DNA of 63,076 nucleotides, filler included, from Reclinomonas americana ATCC 50394 (GCA_048213135.1; 40 parts of 40 records of this genome joined end to end with filler, not necessarily neighbours in it); one strand, 5' to 3'; shown: positions 23,814 to 37,372, numbered from the whole stretch's first letter. A program made the numbers and translations. The notes: generated by a model not told the origin, from the letters alone.

Positions 23814-25067
23814 AACGGCTCACCCGTCATCGGCGACGTTTGCCGTGAGAGCAGCCACTCTTCCACCACGCGGCGCTCGTATGTATGACCTGCGAGATGG
23901 GGGAAAGAATCGAGGTCAGTTGAGAAGGGATAAAGGGAAAGGGCAAGCTGGTAGTGCATTCACAACAATTCTTCTCTCCCCCCTCTCTGTGTAATAAAGG
24001 AGGGAGAAAGGGAAAGAGAAGCGCAAACTTGCTGTGCAAACACAACGATTGTTCTCTCCCCCCTCTCTGCGTAAGAAAGGGAGGGAGAAAGGGGGAGAGA
24101 GAAGGGCAAGCTTGTTGCGCATACACAACAATTCTTCTCTCCCCCTCTCTGTGTAAGAAAGGAGAGAGAAAGGGAGAGAGAGAGAGAGAGAGAGAAGGGC
24201 AAGCTTGCAGTGCATACACAGCAATTCTTCTCTGCCCACTCTCTGTGTAAGAAAGGAGGGAGAAAGGGAGAAGGAGAAGCGCAAGCTTGCAGTGCATACA
24301 CAACAATTCTTCTCCGTCCCCTCTCTGTGTAAGAAAGGGAGGGAGAGGAAAAGGGGCAACACAGCAAGTCATTCTCTCCCTCCCTATCTCTCTCCCTCCT
24401 CCTTCTCTGCATGAGTGGTGACTCACCATCGGCGGCCACCACGGGGTCCGTCATGAGGGTCTTAGAGATCGGGCAGATGAAATGCGGCGGCACCTGCACG
24501 AGGTTCTCGCGGAACTTCTCCACCTCGCCCTCCAGCATGGTGATGCGCGTCTGCAGCTCAATCGACTCGCGTGCACTGAGCGACGATGGTGGTGATCTGT
24601 GAGGCGGAGGGTCAGCGTGGAACTTGTCGGTACAGTGGTTCGCTCTTGTCGCACCTGTCACACACATCGATCGCTGCCGCTGCTGCCGCGGTGACCGAGG
24701 CGCCGGGGGTGCTGGAGGCACCACCACCATGTCGGTGTTGTGCGAGGAACGCCTCGTGCCGCCTCTTGGCCTCGCGGGCAATGTCGTCCATGGACGGCTC
24801 ACGGAGCTCCTCTGGAGTGAGATCCTGCATCAACCCTGCACGCGTGCCATTGTGTCAGCATGCGCGTGGTGCGAGAAAGAGCAGCAATTCAGCGAGAGGC
24901 ACACAACTCCTGTAGTGATCCAGCTCCTTGCGCAGCGCGGACAACTCGGTGCGTTGCTTGGCGATAATCTTCTCGCTCGACGACAGCATGATCTTGAGCT
25001 GCTCGAGCGTGCGCTCCTGGTTCACGCGTGGTGCGTTGCGCACGTTGCGCGCTCTGGTGACCAGGGA
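23814..25067 (-). CDS. U-box E3 ubiquitin ligase with coiled coil, multi-exon fragment
   Basis: VPPHFICPISKTLMTDPVVAADG|HTYERRVVEEWL...TSPMTGEP. Confidence 0.92.
23930..24360. repeat. Intronic minisatellite, about 5 units of roughly 80-95 bp, inside the U-box domain
   Basis: Recurring GCAAGCTTGCAGTGCATACACAACAATTCTTCTC...CTCTCTGTGTAAGAAAGG. Confidence 0.92.
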
Positions 25068-25396
25068 GAGTTGAGCGGAAGGAGGAGGGGAAGAGAGGGG
25101 AAGAGAGGGGAAAGAGGGGGAAAGAGGGGGAAAGAGGGGGAAGAGAAGGGAGAAGAGATTGGGGAAGGAGAAGGGGGAAGGAGGGGAAGGAGGAGAAGGG
25201 GGAAGCGAAGGGGGGGGAAGGAAGGGAGAATGAGAGGGGGGAAGAGATGGGGGAGGAGATGGGGGAAGATGATGGGGGAAGAGCAAGGGGGAAGAGNNNN
25301 NNNNNNNNNNNNNNNNNNNNNNNNNNNNNNNNNNNNNNNNTTAATTAATTAANNNNNNNNNNNNNNNNNNNNNNNNNNNNNNNNNNNNNNNNNNNN

Positions 25397-26606
25397 ATCG
25401 GCACTCGCCGACATGCGCGAGATAAATTCGTCGTAGGTGGCCTGAAGGCCCGAGCGCACATCGTACACCGTGTTCGGTGGCGCCTGTTGCTCATCCACGG
25501 AGAAACGTCGTCGTGTGCCGTTGTCTGGCACAGACGAACGACGCACATTCTCGCGCGCCAGCAACTGCTCGTCGAGGGCGATGAGATCGCCTGCCATGCG
25601 CTCCACGTCGGAGACGACCGACGGAGCTGCACTCTGTGCCGAGGCGCGCACACTGCCCTCCATCGAGTACTGCAACACATAGAGTGAGTCGGCACACATA
25701 CGTGGCATCGTGCTTCATGCAGACGCACCCCGTGATCTCTGGTAAGTGTCGCAGTGGCGGTGCCGTCCGACGAGCGCACCGAGCTCAGACTCTCGTCCAC
25801 CACGAGTCGACCATTGCCGCCGCCCGTGTACTCGCCGCCCGTGAGTGATCGCTGGTACAAATCGGCCATTGCCGCATCGCTCATGCGGTCGGGATCCTCG
25901 GTGGTGTACGTTCGGCGTCCGAGTTGACTGCCAGGACCGCGCACGTGGTGACTGAGATCCGGACCCACACGCGTCTGACCACTCAAGTGTGCCTCACGCC
26001 CGGCAGCCAGGCCCGTCGGTGGCCGTGCGCCTCGCGATGCTCCGCCGTTGCCGTTGGTGTCGCTGGGCAGCGATCCCGCAGATCCCGCTACGGAGAACGC
26101 CGAAGTAGACGATCGGAGGCCGTCACCGCCATGCGTAGCTGGAGGCGATTCATAGTGAGCATGACAGACACATATACACCCACACGTTGGCAGAGAGCGC
26201 GCGCAATAACGCAACATGGTGCCGACTGGCGCACATCACCGCCACCACCACCACCACCCCATTGCTGATGCTGACGGAGATACTCGACACCTTCACGGGC
26301 CAGATCCAGCTTGCGCAGCGACGCCGCGGCGCTGGCCGACAGTGGTGCGATGGGTGCCTGCGCTGGAACTCCCACTGACGAGGGTGCGGGCTGATGCATG
26401 CTACTGCTGGCGCTGCCGCTTCCGTGCCCACTGAAAGACACCGAGGTCTGATCACGCGAGGGAGCGTGAATGGTGGACGCCGACGGGAATGTCGACGAGG
26501 CACTGTCCACACTCTGACGCTGCTGCTGCTGTTGTTGTTGTGCGGTCGCCAGTCGCGACATTTCCCCTTGTGAATCCTGCACCGTGTACACCTCCTCGCC
26601 CATCCT
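25397..26606 (-). CDS. Hypothetical Ser/Gly/Gln-rich protein, multi-exon fragment
   Basis: Three ORF segments join in frame through GT-AG introns. Confidence 0.6.
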
Positions 26607-27789
26607 GCATACAAGCGTACACATATGCGCTGTTGGTGACCAGGAATGCAAGAGACGAAAGTGATGGGTACGCCAACCTCTGGTGTGACGCCCGAGATTG
26701 CGAATGCGACAGCGGGGGTTGGCTGGCGCGCGGATCCCCGCCTCCCACACCGTTTCCGGTCAGAGTCAGTTCGTATGCGTGTTTGGCAAGCTCACGGAAT
26801 CGCTCGCCATACGCCCTCTCGTCCTCCTCTTCATCCTCATGATCGTCTCCTCCTCCTCTCCCTTGCTCGTGGTGCGCNNNNNNNNNNNNNNNNNNNNNNN
26901 NNNNNNNNNNNNNNNNNNNNNTTAATTAATTAANNNNNNNNNNNNNNNNNNNNNNNNNNNNNNNNNNNNNNNNNNNNCGAGAGGCGGGCCCTCGTCATCA
27001 CTTTCGAACTCGAACAAACCTGCTGATGAACTTCGAACGCCCTCACCTGATGAAATTGATACCGACTTTCATCACCCCTCCCTCTCCCTCTCCCCTCTCT
27101 CCCTTTCTCCCCCTTAACCCCCTTCCTCCCATCCACTCCCTCCCTCTTACGCAGACCTGCATTCCACGGTGACTCGGGACATATCATTTTCATCCTGTCC
27201 GATTGGTGTGTTGCGGCGAGAGAAGGTTGTCCGACGCGCCAGCCAACCGACTGTGTGTGCTGCGCCGTGCCGCTCACCCGCCCACCCGACCAGTCTGTCA
27301 GTCGGTTGCTGTCCACTGCTCCTGTGTGCCATCTGTGCGCGCCAAGACAATCTCCTCGCCCCTCTCTTCTCTCGTCATTTTCGTGAGATCGGACGACAAG
27401 CACATTCGAATTCTGTCGTCGCGCCACGCCGCGAGAATCCAGCTGATCTCCACCTTTGTGTGACTGGCTCTTTATATCGCTATAGCTGGCCACACCTCTC
27501 CACCTCTCCACCTCTCTCCTGTAGAACGCGCGCGTCGGCGTTGTCGTCAATCTCTTCTTTTTCTTCATTCTGTCCCGAATGGGTACTCTGTTGAGCACTG
27601 AAGACGCCGTGCATCGTCCGGCAAACGCGCCCGCGGGTGGTGCAGCCCCCGCGGGTGCGGCTGTGGTGGTCTCGAGGAGGAGAAAGACAGACTCGGCGTG
27701 CTGCGCCGTGTTCTGTGGCCTCTTTTCACCCACACGCCAACTGGCCAACAAGAACCAGACGTCACCGCCGGCGACCTTTGCCGGCCCCA

Positions 27790-28457
27790 TGGCGGCCATG
27801 GTGGTCGAGACGCAGGGTGTTGATGAGCACTATGATGGTGAGTGTGTGAGCAAGAGAGAAACGTTGTCGCATACACTTGTTTGCTCAGCAAAAGAGATTC
27901 TCCTTGGTTTTCTGTGTGCGCAGCGGTCGGCGGCGTGTTCCTGACACCATTAGATCCGAAGCAAGCGCATGCCCTGGATGCGCTCCTGCACAGCCCCTTT
28001 GGCTCGTTCCCTGGCGAGCGGCAAGAGGCGGTTGACAAGACCGGCAGCTTCTCATCATTGTGTTGCGTCTCTTCTCAGCTGTTGCATCATCTATTTTTGC
28101 AAGATCGCGCAGACAACTCACTTGCCGCTTGACTGCTCGCAGATCGGTGCGAGGTTTCGAGTCTGGGTCTGTCGCCGCTGGCCGCACGGCCCACTTATCG
28201 GCGGATAGACCGGTTGGCCCGCGTCGAGGCACTGTGCGGGCAGCGCTTGTTCGAGTTGCAGGCGCGACAGCGCATCAAGGAGTGGCAAGAACGCTGCGTG
28301 CTGCCGTCTACCGACGACGTGGATTACCATCCGCACGCACCGTGGCGTGTCGACGAGGCCGCTGATCGCGAGTCACCCGTGAAGGACGAGCCCGAGAAGG
28401 AGGAGGAGGCGGAGGAGGAAGGTGGTCACCAGAGACCACCGCCTTCTTCTTCTTCGT
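27790..28457 (+). CDS. Hypothetical protein, multi-exon
   Basis: Exons join in frame (...DKTGSFSSLY|RCEVSSL...RVEALCGQRLFELQARQRIKEW). The start position is uncertain. Confidence 0.55.
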
Positions 28458-28899
28458 NNNNNNNNNNNNNNNNNNNNNNNNNNNNNNNNNNNNNNNNNNN
28501 NTTAATTAATTAANNNNNNNNNNNNNNNNNNNNNNNNNNNNNNNNNNNNNNNNNNNNAATTGTTGTTGTTGTTGTTCTCTTGGTCCAGCAGCAAGTTTCT
28601 GGACGGGCTTGTAATTAGGCCACCCTTAGCTGGGCTGAAGCAAGGCTTTTGATGAACTGCTCTCGCCCTTCGGTACACATCGAGTTCGAATTCAGTTTCG
28701 TTTTGCAATTGCATTTCCCAGTTCCGAAGCTCGTGGACGTATTTGAGTTCCAGAAACGCTATGTATACTCTTCCCTACACTTTAAACTCATTCGTCATAC
28801 AAAAGTCACCACTGCAGCTCGGAAAGGGGCCGTTTCCGTAATGTTCGATTCCACCCACCCACCCAACGGACGAACTCGTCAATACACGATCGGTCGCAC

Positions 28900-30037
28900 A
28901 TGAGCGACGAGGACGACCGTCAAACACCAGCGTCGCGGCGCTCACCTCCTCCTCCCCCTCCTCCATTAGTCCCCACTCCATCCTCCACACCAGGAGCAGG
29001 AGAGAGAGGAGCAGGCGGAGGAGGTGAAAGAACAGCGCACTTTGCGGCTCCCGACCCCATTGTGCCCTCGATACTCAGCCGCCGCAAACCACCCGTTGCA
29101 CCCTCCTCCACAGCACCATCAACAGCAACAACAGCAGCAGCACATGCGCATCCTCACCACCACCGCGCCGCCTCTCCATTGCTCTCTGTGGAACCCTCGC
29201 TGACCACTCTGCCCATGGTACCGCCACGCCCATCATCATCATCCTCGTCACAACACGAGGCCGTGCAGGAGCACCGCCGCATGCGTCGCGAGCAGGAGCG
29301 CGTGGCCACGCACGAAGCCGAGGTGCGCTCAGAGGCCGCTGCGTGGCTCAAGTCGCTGCCCTCGTCGCCGCTGTCGACAACGCAGACCGGGGTGAGTCCT
29401 GCGGGTATGCGACTGGCACTGGTGGCGCCGAGTCCTCCACCAGCCGTCTTTCGTCTGCCCACGAAGCGCGGTGGCGGGGAGCAGCAGCTGCTGCGGCAGC
29501 AGGAGGAAGGGGGTGATGATGACTATGATGTGCGCGTGTCGCGGTCGGTGGTGGCCTCGTTCAAGGAGCTGCAGGGACCGACGGTGACGGTGAACAGCAT
29601 GTATGGGAGAGCGTTGCCGAGGAAGCTGGTGCCGCGTACACTACCGCCGCTGCCGCTTCCACCAACGCGACCGTCGGTGGCTCGATTGCAACCGATGCCA
29701 CTCGATCCTTATGGTATGACAAAGCAACGAGAGACAAGTGCGTGTTGTTGTTCCGTCCACCACTCATCATCGTTTTGTTGTGTGCAGACCCTGCCGCGGC
29801 CGCCACCGCCACTGCCGATGTAGAGGAGGACGATGTCGATGCAATGGACGACGCGCAGTCGCCTTCGAATCAACGAGTGACGTCGCTGCAGTGGGCCTCG
29901 CCGTCGTCGTCTTCGCACCGCTCTGGCGTGCAGCAAATGTCGGCGCCGTCGCTGCCGCCATCGATTGTGCTGTCGCGCACGCGGACCCCGGTGCGCCGTG
30001 TGCAAGAAGTCAATATGCCATTCGAGAGTCTGGAGGA
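28900..30037 (+). CDS. Pro/Ser-rich hypothetical protein, 5' part (2 exons)
   Basis: ATG at 28900, a long ORF, and a GTATGA...GCAG intron near 29715-29787. Confidence 0.6.
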
Positions 30038-30199
30038 NNNNNNNNNNNNNNNNNNNNNNNNNNNNNNNNNNNNNNNNNNNNTTAATTAATTAANNNNNNN
30101 NNNNNNNNNNNNNNNNNNNNNNNNNNNNNNNNNNNNNGGCGGAGAGTGAGCATCAACGAGACACACGAGAAGGGAAGAAATACCCCCAGTCACACCTTC

Positions 30200-31616
30200 C
30201 AACCGCCTCCCACTCCTCCTGCTTGGTCTTCTTCAGCTTCTCCAACTTATCCTTGCGCTTCGTTTCCGCAAAGCTGTCGCGGTCACGCAGTGCGCGTCGG
30301 CGAGTGCCCTCACGCGCGTCATCGTCGCGATCGCCCGAGATCTGCTTCTGGCGATTCAACTCGGCCAACTCGGTCCGCCGCGCTGCATTGAGCGCACGGC
30401 GCTCAGCATCGTCGGCCTCGTCGCCATCGACGCCATCCTCGCGCTTCACCTCATCCTCGTCATCCTGCATCATCACGGGCGGTAGTGGTGGGTAAAAAAA
30501 GAGACTTTCCCCCAATTCTCCCTCCCTCTCACGCGGTTACCATGGTGTACATGATGTCGTCAAACGTCTTCTTGTGACGCGCCGTGAGATCCATGACCAC
30601 GTACCCAGCCGAGGTTTGCGGCTCCTCGCGCAGCACGAACGAGTCGGCGATCATGATGGAATACTCGCCGAGACGCAAATCTTGCAGCGGCCCAAAGCCC
30701 AGCACCAGCACAAAGGCCACACCGAGTTGGAGCTCCTGTGACCACGGCGTATATTGAGCGACAAGGAGAGGGATAACGATGGCAGGCGACAACTCACCAC
30801 TGCGCACTGCGCATTCAGCAAGTGTGCCGGATTGAAGAGCTCCTCGCAGCCAACAATGTGCCCGATGCTCTCCGGGAACACAGCCGCCAGCCGCTCCGGG
30901 CTGCGCTCGCCAACCCACCGACGCGCCTCGGCATACAGCTCCGCTCCGGTAATACCAGGGTGCACAAAAGAGACCAAATGAGCCTGGAGCTCGAACGCCG
31001 TGTTGTAATCGGCCTTGTGCGTCTGCACACACGAACAGTGAGTGCGTGGCCCCCCCAAGAACGAGAGTGTCGCGGATGCCGTACAAAACTTCATCGTTGG
31101 GCTGCACCAGGAACGTGCGCGCCACGGCAGTGTGCATGGCCTTGTATTGCGTGCCAAGCGACACCACAATCGCACCTCGATCGCGAATGTGCGCAGTGGA
31201 GTTTTCCGCGCGCAACGCCAACTTGATGCCGACGCCGCTCTGCGTGTGTGCAACGACTTTTCGTGTCAGCAATGTCGCGGAGAAAAAAGTCACCGTCGAC
31301 TGCTGCACACCTGAATGGAGGGCTCATACGCCGCCTGCAGCGTGTCCTTCTCCATGCGGAAGTCCTTCAGAATGGCAGCGTCGGGGTTGATGAAGAGCTT
31401 GGAGATGCGCTCGGCGAACGCCTGATGCGTCGACGGCAACTCCTTCTCCAGCTCCTTCTCCAGCGCCTGCACCACGGTCTTCTTCATGGCCGTGGCCGAG
31501 AATGCACCGCTCTGGCGCAAGGCATTCTACTCGTGTACGACCAGTGAGTACTCGTTCCGGTGGGGAGGGGTTTGTCGACCCACACACTCACCACTTCCGA
31601 CGGGATCTTGAGGCAC
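30200..31616 (-). CDS. SPT16: FACT complex subunit SPT16-like (N-terminal aminopeptidase-like domain and linker), divergent
   Basis: YEPSIQSG, IVVSLGTQYKAMHTAVARTFLVQP, YSIMIADS and KKTFDDIMY, then an acidic linker and KRK..LEKLKK. The motif order matches SPT16. Confidence 0.75.
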
Positions 31617-31716
31617 NNNNNNNNNNNNNNNNNNNNNNNNNNNNNNNNNNNNNNNNNNNNTTAATTAATTAANNNNNNNNNNNNNNNNNNNNNNNNNNNN
31701 NNNNNNNNNNNNNNNN

Positions 31717-31838
31717 AAGCGATGTGTGGCGGGATTGACAGTGACCAGAGTAGTGGGCTGCGGAAAGGCGGAGACCGAAAGCAGCAGTGTGCAGAGAACG
31801 AGTGCGACGGAGACGACGAGGGCTGTGAGCGCGCGCAT
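31717..31838 (-). CDS. Secreted protein N-terminus (signal peptide), copy A
   Basis: MRALTALVVSVALVLCTLLLSVSA-FPQPTTLVTVNPATHR, conserved in copy B. Confidence 0.65.
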
Positions 31839-32630
31839 TTCTTCGGAAACAGGTCGGCGCAGCGACGCGTACGTACCGGTGTCCTGTCGGCGATTGTACT
31901 GTAGCTCGAGCTCTTGGGTTCGTCTTTGCAATTGTGAATGGCGAATGCGCGGCATGCACAATTGCACAAGCGAATTTCCAACGCCAAGTCGCTTTGTTTG
32001 CCTTTCATTGCAGCCGAGTCGGTTCGATCCCCGGGCCCACCTTCGACCTCCCAGACAGCGTAACAAGTGGCGGACTTGCAAAGCCACATACCGACACTGC
32101 GCGGGGCTGAATAATTTGGTGGCTGGGCATCCTCAAACTTGTTTCGAACGACGAGCTTGCACGCACAGTTCACTGCGATCGCGGACACAAAGGCCAAAAC
32201 GGTGGTCTTTTGCACGTACATGTACATGTGGTGCATGATGCAGCTCGCCCCGCCCCTCCACGCCGCGCTCGACGATTCACGGCCCTCCAAAGAATATTTT
32301 TTGCTGTTGTTTATTCTCTCCAGCAGCAGGCGCGCGGTTTTTTGTGGTGTGTCCGGTTTTGTCGATACTTTTCCTTTTTAAATCCTCACCGCTTCTCACT
32401 CCGCCCCCCCGCTGCGCACGACCATCACTCCACTCACTCCCATCTCTCTCTCCACGTTCATCGCGCCTGCGATGCGCACGGCCTCGGCGAACGCGATCTC
32501 AAATCTGGCCGAAAACGAAGTCCATGGTCAGTTTCGACAATCGATCAATCGCTGTTTTCGTTGTGTTGAGAGAGCAAAGTGCACCAGCCCCAACCTTTGC
32601 ACCGCCCCCTGTTTGTTACCTTCGTTAGAT

Positions 32631-33192
32631 ATGAGCACAACAGTCACTGGCCAGCGCCGCCGCTCCTTCTCCGACTTGCTGCTGGAGGACTGGAACTTGC
32701 TGGCGCTGACCAGTGCCGACGAGTGTGGTTCCGGACAACGTGGGGTGCGTTTGCGCAGCGGTTTGCGCCTGGCGAGCGACCTCGACTGCGACGAGTGCAG
32801 CAGCACTGAGGATGCAGTGGAGGAGGACGAGCTGACACTGGAAGATGACGAGGAGGATGGAGGCGAGGCCATGGATGCGGAAAGTGATCACACACCTCAG
32901 GTCAGTTTCGCCTCTGTTGTTGTTGTCGGCGATTGTACATGAGTGACACCACCACCACTCACGCACATGCACACACACACAGCACCGATTACTGTCACGC
33001 TTGTTGATGCGCGACGACAGCGGTCAAGGAGGCGAAACGTCGCTCATTTCACCCCTCTCTGCATCATCGTCCTCGTCGCGCTTTGCTGCACCACCACCAC
33101 CACCACCACCAGCGTTTGCCTCGCCCACCTCTGCTGGCGCTGTCGTATGCATGCGTGCGCCCGGCACTCCCTCGGCCGCGGCTGCTGTGGCC
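32631..33192 (+). CDS. Hypothetical acidic protein 5' part, copy A
   Basis: MSTTVTGQRRRSFSDLLLEDW..., with coding sequence near-identical in copy B while the intron and upstream DNA carry indels. Confidence 0.65.
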
Positions 33193-33317
33193 NNNNNNNN
33201 NNNNNNNNNNNNNNNNNNNNNNNNNNNNNNNNNNNNTTAATTAATTAANNNNNNNNNNNNNNNNNNNNNNNNNNNNNNNNNNNNNNNNNNNNGCTCATTG
33301 TACCGTTGACTTTCCAG

Positions 33318-34176
33318 GGGTTGGTTGCCGAGTTGTCCAACGTGCATGTGTTGCGTCGCGCTCCTGAATCCCTTTTTGTGCGTGCTGCCTACTCACTTTG
33401 CTTGCTGTGCAGCCTCCGTCACTTGTGGTCATTCGTACCGTACGGTGCTGCGCTGTGGACGGTCGACATGTCACTTGTGTCCAAGCGTGTGCTGCACTGG
33501 CTCAGCGACAAGATGCACGACGTGCGGCAACAACACCGGCGGTGGTGGAACGACGTGGAAGGCAACATCAGAGCCGAAGTGGTGAGAGTGTTACACCCAC
33601 CCACATCTGTTTTTGTCTCCATCACTCACTTCCTGTGCGCAGCGTCACATGGCCAGCGAGCAAGCACGCGAGTACTTCCTCAACCGCATGCGCGGCGCCG
33701 AAGTGGGTGCACAAGCCCCCACTTTCGATCTGCTGTTCAACAATCCCGACATTGTCGCCGCCGTGCGAGCCAAGGTTCTCTCTGAGGCGCCGCCGCAGCC
33801 GCATCTTGCGGCCACCATCATGTCGATGCGCGACATTATGCTGCTGGTGCGCAAACTCGCCCGCCGCACAGTCATCGAACCGTCAGCTGTGGTGCAAATG
33901 ATGATCTACTTCAACACGCTGGAGGGTGAGCCTACGCTGCCGCCGGCCGAGCACAGTTGGTATGTGGGCGAGCAGTTGGATAACGACGACGACGATGACG
34001 ACGATGTGCCGCACGACAAGTCGTCGGCACCCAAGCGGCTGCGACGCGGTCCGCGCGGCCATCCGCGATTGTCGTCGACGATGATGTCGTTTGACGAAGC
34101 GCATGTCCCGCAACGGGCGGCCTCTCGTGCCGAGACGCGAGCGCAAATGCACTCGCGGCAGGGTTCGCGATCGTAA
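33318..34176 (+). CDS. Hypothetical protein 3' end, allele B of 19089-19956
   Basis: Near-identical sequence and exon structure. Confidence 0.7.
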
Positions 34177-34236
34177 ACAACGATCGCGCTGTGTAATTAG
34201 ATTGCAATGTTTTTTGTGAGGGTAAAATTTTTGATT

Positions 34237-34729
34237 TCATTGTTCTGGTGGTGGTGGTGGTGGAGGAGGTGGCGGTGGTGGGGATGAAGACTGAGCGGGA
34301 GGCGGGGGTGGAGGAGGCGGTGACTGTGACCGCGGTGGTGGTGGTGGTGGTGGTGGATCAGCGTCTGCACTGGAGCCAGGTGTGTCAGGCTGCGGGAAAG
34401 GAGGTGAGCAGCAGCGATACGGTGCGACAGACACGGCGGCGCACACGCAACGTCGGTAAAAAACGGGTGCTGCAGGGCGGCATTGGCGGTGAGGCGTGTT
34501 CTCTGGTCGTATTGTAGGAGGCCACGGATGAGGTCGAGGAACACGGTGTCTTCGTCAAACAATAACCGCTGGCGAGACAAGCGGTGAGGAGACGGAGGAG
34601 CGAAGGACGTGACAAGAACATCGCGCGAATACCTCCAGCGGGTACATGTTCTCCACAAAATTCACCGACGACTCGTTCTCGGCCAGCTCCGGCCAGTCGA
34701 GGCGGCCATCTCGTTTAAAGTACTTGCGA
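34237..34729 (-). CDS. LAMMER/CLK-family kinase 3' end, allele B
   Basis: Near-identical to 20017-20509. Confidence 0.8.
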
Positions 34730-34885
34730 CTGGAACGAAAGATAAGAGGCAAAGTTTTCCACGCAACGNNNNNNNNNNNNNNNNNNNNNNNNNNNNNNNN
34801 NNNNNNNNNNNNTTAATTAATTAANNNNNNNNNNNNNNNNNNNNNNNNNNNNNNNNNNNNNNNNNNNNAACCGTGCACGCTGCAG

Positions 34886-36332
34886 AAATACGAGTCCACG
34901 CGCAAGAAAATGGGCGACGACCGACAGCAGATGCGCTGGGACTTCCTGCCGCAGCGCCTCTTTGGTCGCACCAACTACATGGCCAAGCGCATTCTCGACA
35001 TGATTGCGATTGTCGAGGATGTGGAGTCGTTCCGCAAGATCCTCGGCCCCAAGCTCAAGGCCGTGACGGGCGAGGCCGTGGCCATTGATCGTGTGATTCG
35101 TCGTGTCGACCGGCTGGTCGATCCCGTGTGCGACATTGGCTTCAACGTCTTCTCTCCCAACACCTACGTGATGTGGAGCGATGTGTACGAGCAGTTCAAG
35201 CAGAACGTCGAGGAGATTCAGGGTGCGTTTGTGTGTATAAGATATGTCTTTCTCTGCCTGGCGTGTTGACACTGGCCTCATGCAGGAATCACGATGAAGT
35301 TCATTGACGACTCGTTCCGCGAGCTGCGTTCGGCCAAGGGTGCGTTCGAGCTGCAGCAGAACTTCAAGGAGTTCAAGACACGACCGGCTATCGAGTCGCT
35401 GATGGAGAACAAGTATCCGGAGATCTTTGACCAGTTCAGCGGCGAGATTGAGGGCGTGCTCAAGATCTTCCTGGCACACAAGGACAACCCACCTCGCTCC
35501 AAGAACCAGCCACCGGTCGCCGGTGCCATTTACTGGGCCCGCTCGCTCTTCCACCGCGTCAGCAAGACGTGGCTTCTGTTCCAGAAGACGTCGGAAAGCA
35601 TCTTCGACTCGGTCGAGGGCCAGAAGATCATCAAGAACTTCAACGACTTGGCGCGCAAGATGGCCGAGTTTGAGAGCGAGGTGAGTTTTTTTCTTTTTTT
35701 GGCCCTTTCCTTTACCTCACCTGGCGGCGACTCACCCACTGTTGATTGTCGTTTGTGTTTGACAGCGGTACCACCAGTGGGAGTCGACTGTCGACTCGCT
35801 GACGGTCACCAACCTGAAGCAGCCGATCCTGGAGCTCGTCGACGGCAAGTATCACGTGCGCTTCGACCCGTCGCTCAACCTCATCATGCAAGAGGCCAAG
35901 TACCTGGATCGTCTGGGCTTCACCATCCCGGATTCGGCACTCAACGTGGCGCTGCAGGAGGACAAGTACCACGAGCTGGTGGAGGGCCTGAAGGAGATGA
36001 TTCATTCGTACGAGCAGGCGGTCGCGTCGCTGCGACCAGCCGAGGCGCGTGTGCTGAAGAATCACGTCAATGCGCTGCAGTACACGCTGGCGCCGGGTCT
36101 CAGCTCACTCAACTGGAACTCACTCGGCATTCGCGACTACAACGAGCGATGCCACCGCGAGATTCTCGAGTTCCAGACGCTGGCCTCCAAGGTCGACAAG
36201 TTCGCCTCCGCCATTCTCGGTGTCATCACCTCGATCGGCCACTCGTCGCTGTTCCAGGTGCCGTCGACTCTGCAGCCGGGCAAGATCGAGTTGCACGAGC
36301 TGGATCACCTGCTCGACGAGCACCGGCAAGAG
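34886..36332 (+). CDS. DNAH10: Axonemal dynein heavy chain, DNAH10 (inner arm I1 alpha)-like N-terminal region, 3 exons
   Basis: RWDF..RLFGRTNYMA, GPKLKAVTG, FIDDSFRELRSA, KNQPPVAGAIYWARSLF, EAKYLDRLGF.IP..ALNVALQEDKY and LNWNSLGI motifs. Confidence 0.88.
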
Positions 36333-36481
36333 GTGAGTTGTTTNNNNNNNNNNNNNNNNNNNNNNNNNNNNNNNNNNNNNNNNNNNNTTAATTAATTAAN
36401 NNNNNNNNNNNNNNNNNNNNNNNNNNNNNNNNNNNNNNNNNNNTCCTTTCGTAAATAAACAATAACAGGGTTTTCATTCAT

Positions 36482-37372
36482 TTACTGGTACACGGAGCCT
36501 TGCAGGAACTTGACGACCTCCTCGCGGTACTCGATCTCGTCCGTCGGCAACACGGTAATCATCTTCATAAACGCCTCCATCTGTCGGCCATCCCGTGCCA
36601 AGCATCCCCCGATAACAACAACAACAAAGCAGAACAAACATCACGTGAGTGAAAATGGACCACTTGCCGAAGGAGGGAGACGTTGAGCAAGACGGGATGA
36701 GACTGTTATTCTGCCAGTAGCTTAGCCTTTTCACGCACACGGAGGCAATTGCACGGAAAAGGTAGTCGCCCTGGGGAAAGAGAAGAAAAGGGGGGAGAGA
36801 GGGAGAGAACGGAGGGAGGGAAAGGGGAGGAGGGGGAGGAGAGAGAGAGAGAAAGACAGAGGGAAGGGAAAAGGGAGAGGGAAGTGAAAGAAACCTGAAA
36901 ACAGACAGAACAGGAGAGGAAGAAAGTGAATGGAAACGAGCGTGAGAAAGATAACTGACGATATAGGGAGAAAAGGGCAGAAGAGAGAGAATGTAAGCAG
37001 CAGGCAGAAGGAGAATGCAAGAAGGAGAGAGACAGGGGAGACCATAGTTTGGCGAAAGGAAGTGGGGGTGGGAGAGCAGGCGGTAGGGAGAGAGAGAGAT
37101 ATGCGCCCCACCACTGACCTCTTCGGCGGTGAATCTCTCGCCAATGCGGGTCAGCACACGGCCAATCTTGTCCTTCATGATCTTGCCGCGCCCGTCGGGA
37201 TCGTCAAACAACAGCGCAAACGCCGAAATAGCCTGATCGGGAGCCGGGCCCTTGAACGTCTCCTTCATCTCGTCGTAGCGCACAATCACCGAGGAGAACT
37301 CGGCCCACCCGGTCTTGTCGGGGTCCACCGCCTTGCACAGCTCCGCAAAGCCGGTTTTTGAGGGGTTGAATC
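36482..37372 (-). CDS. Calmodulin-like EF-hand protein (light-chain/EFCAB2-like), last two exons (37372-37119, 36580-36482)
   Basis: GFNPS, VDPDKTG, AF..FDDPDGRGKI and LTRIGERFTAEE|MEAFM..EIEY motifs. Confidence 0.75.

Noticed and set aside
23930..24360. CRISPR-like appearance of spaced repeats (also 8415-8910 and 54245-54960)
   Set aside because: Whole units are homologous with no unique spacers, there are no cas genes, and the context is eukaryotic and mostly intronic.
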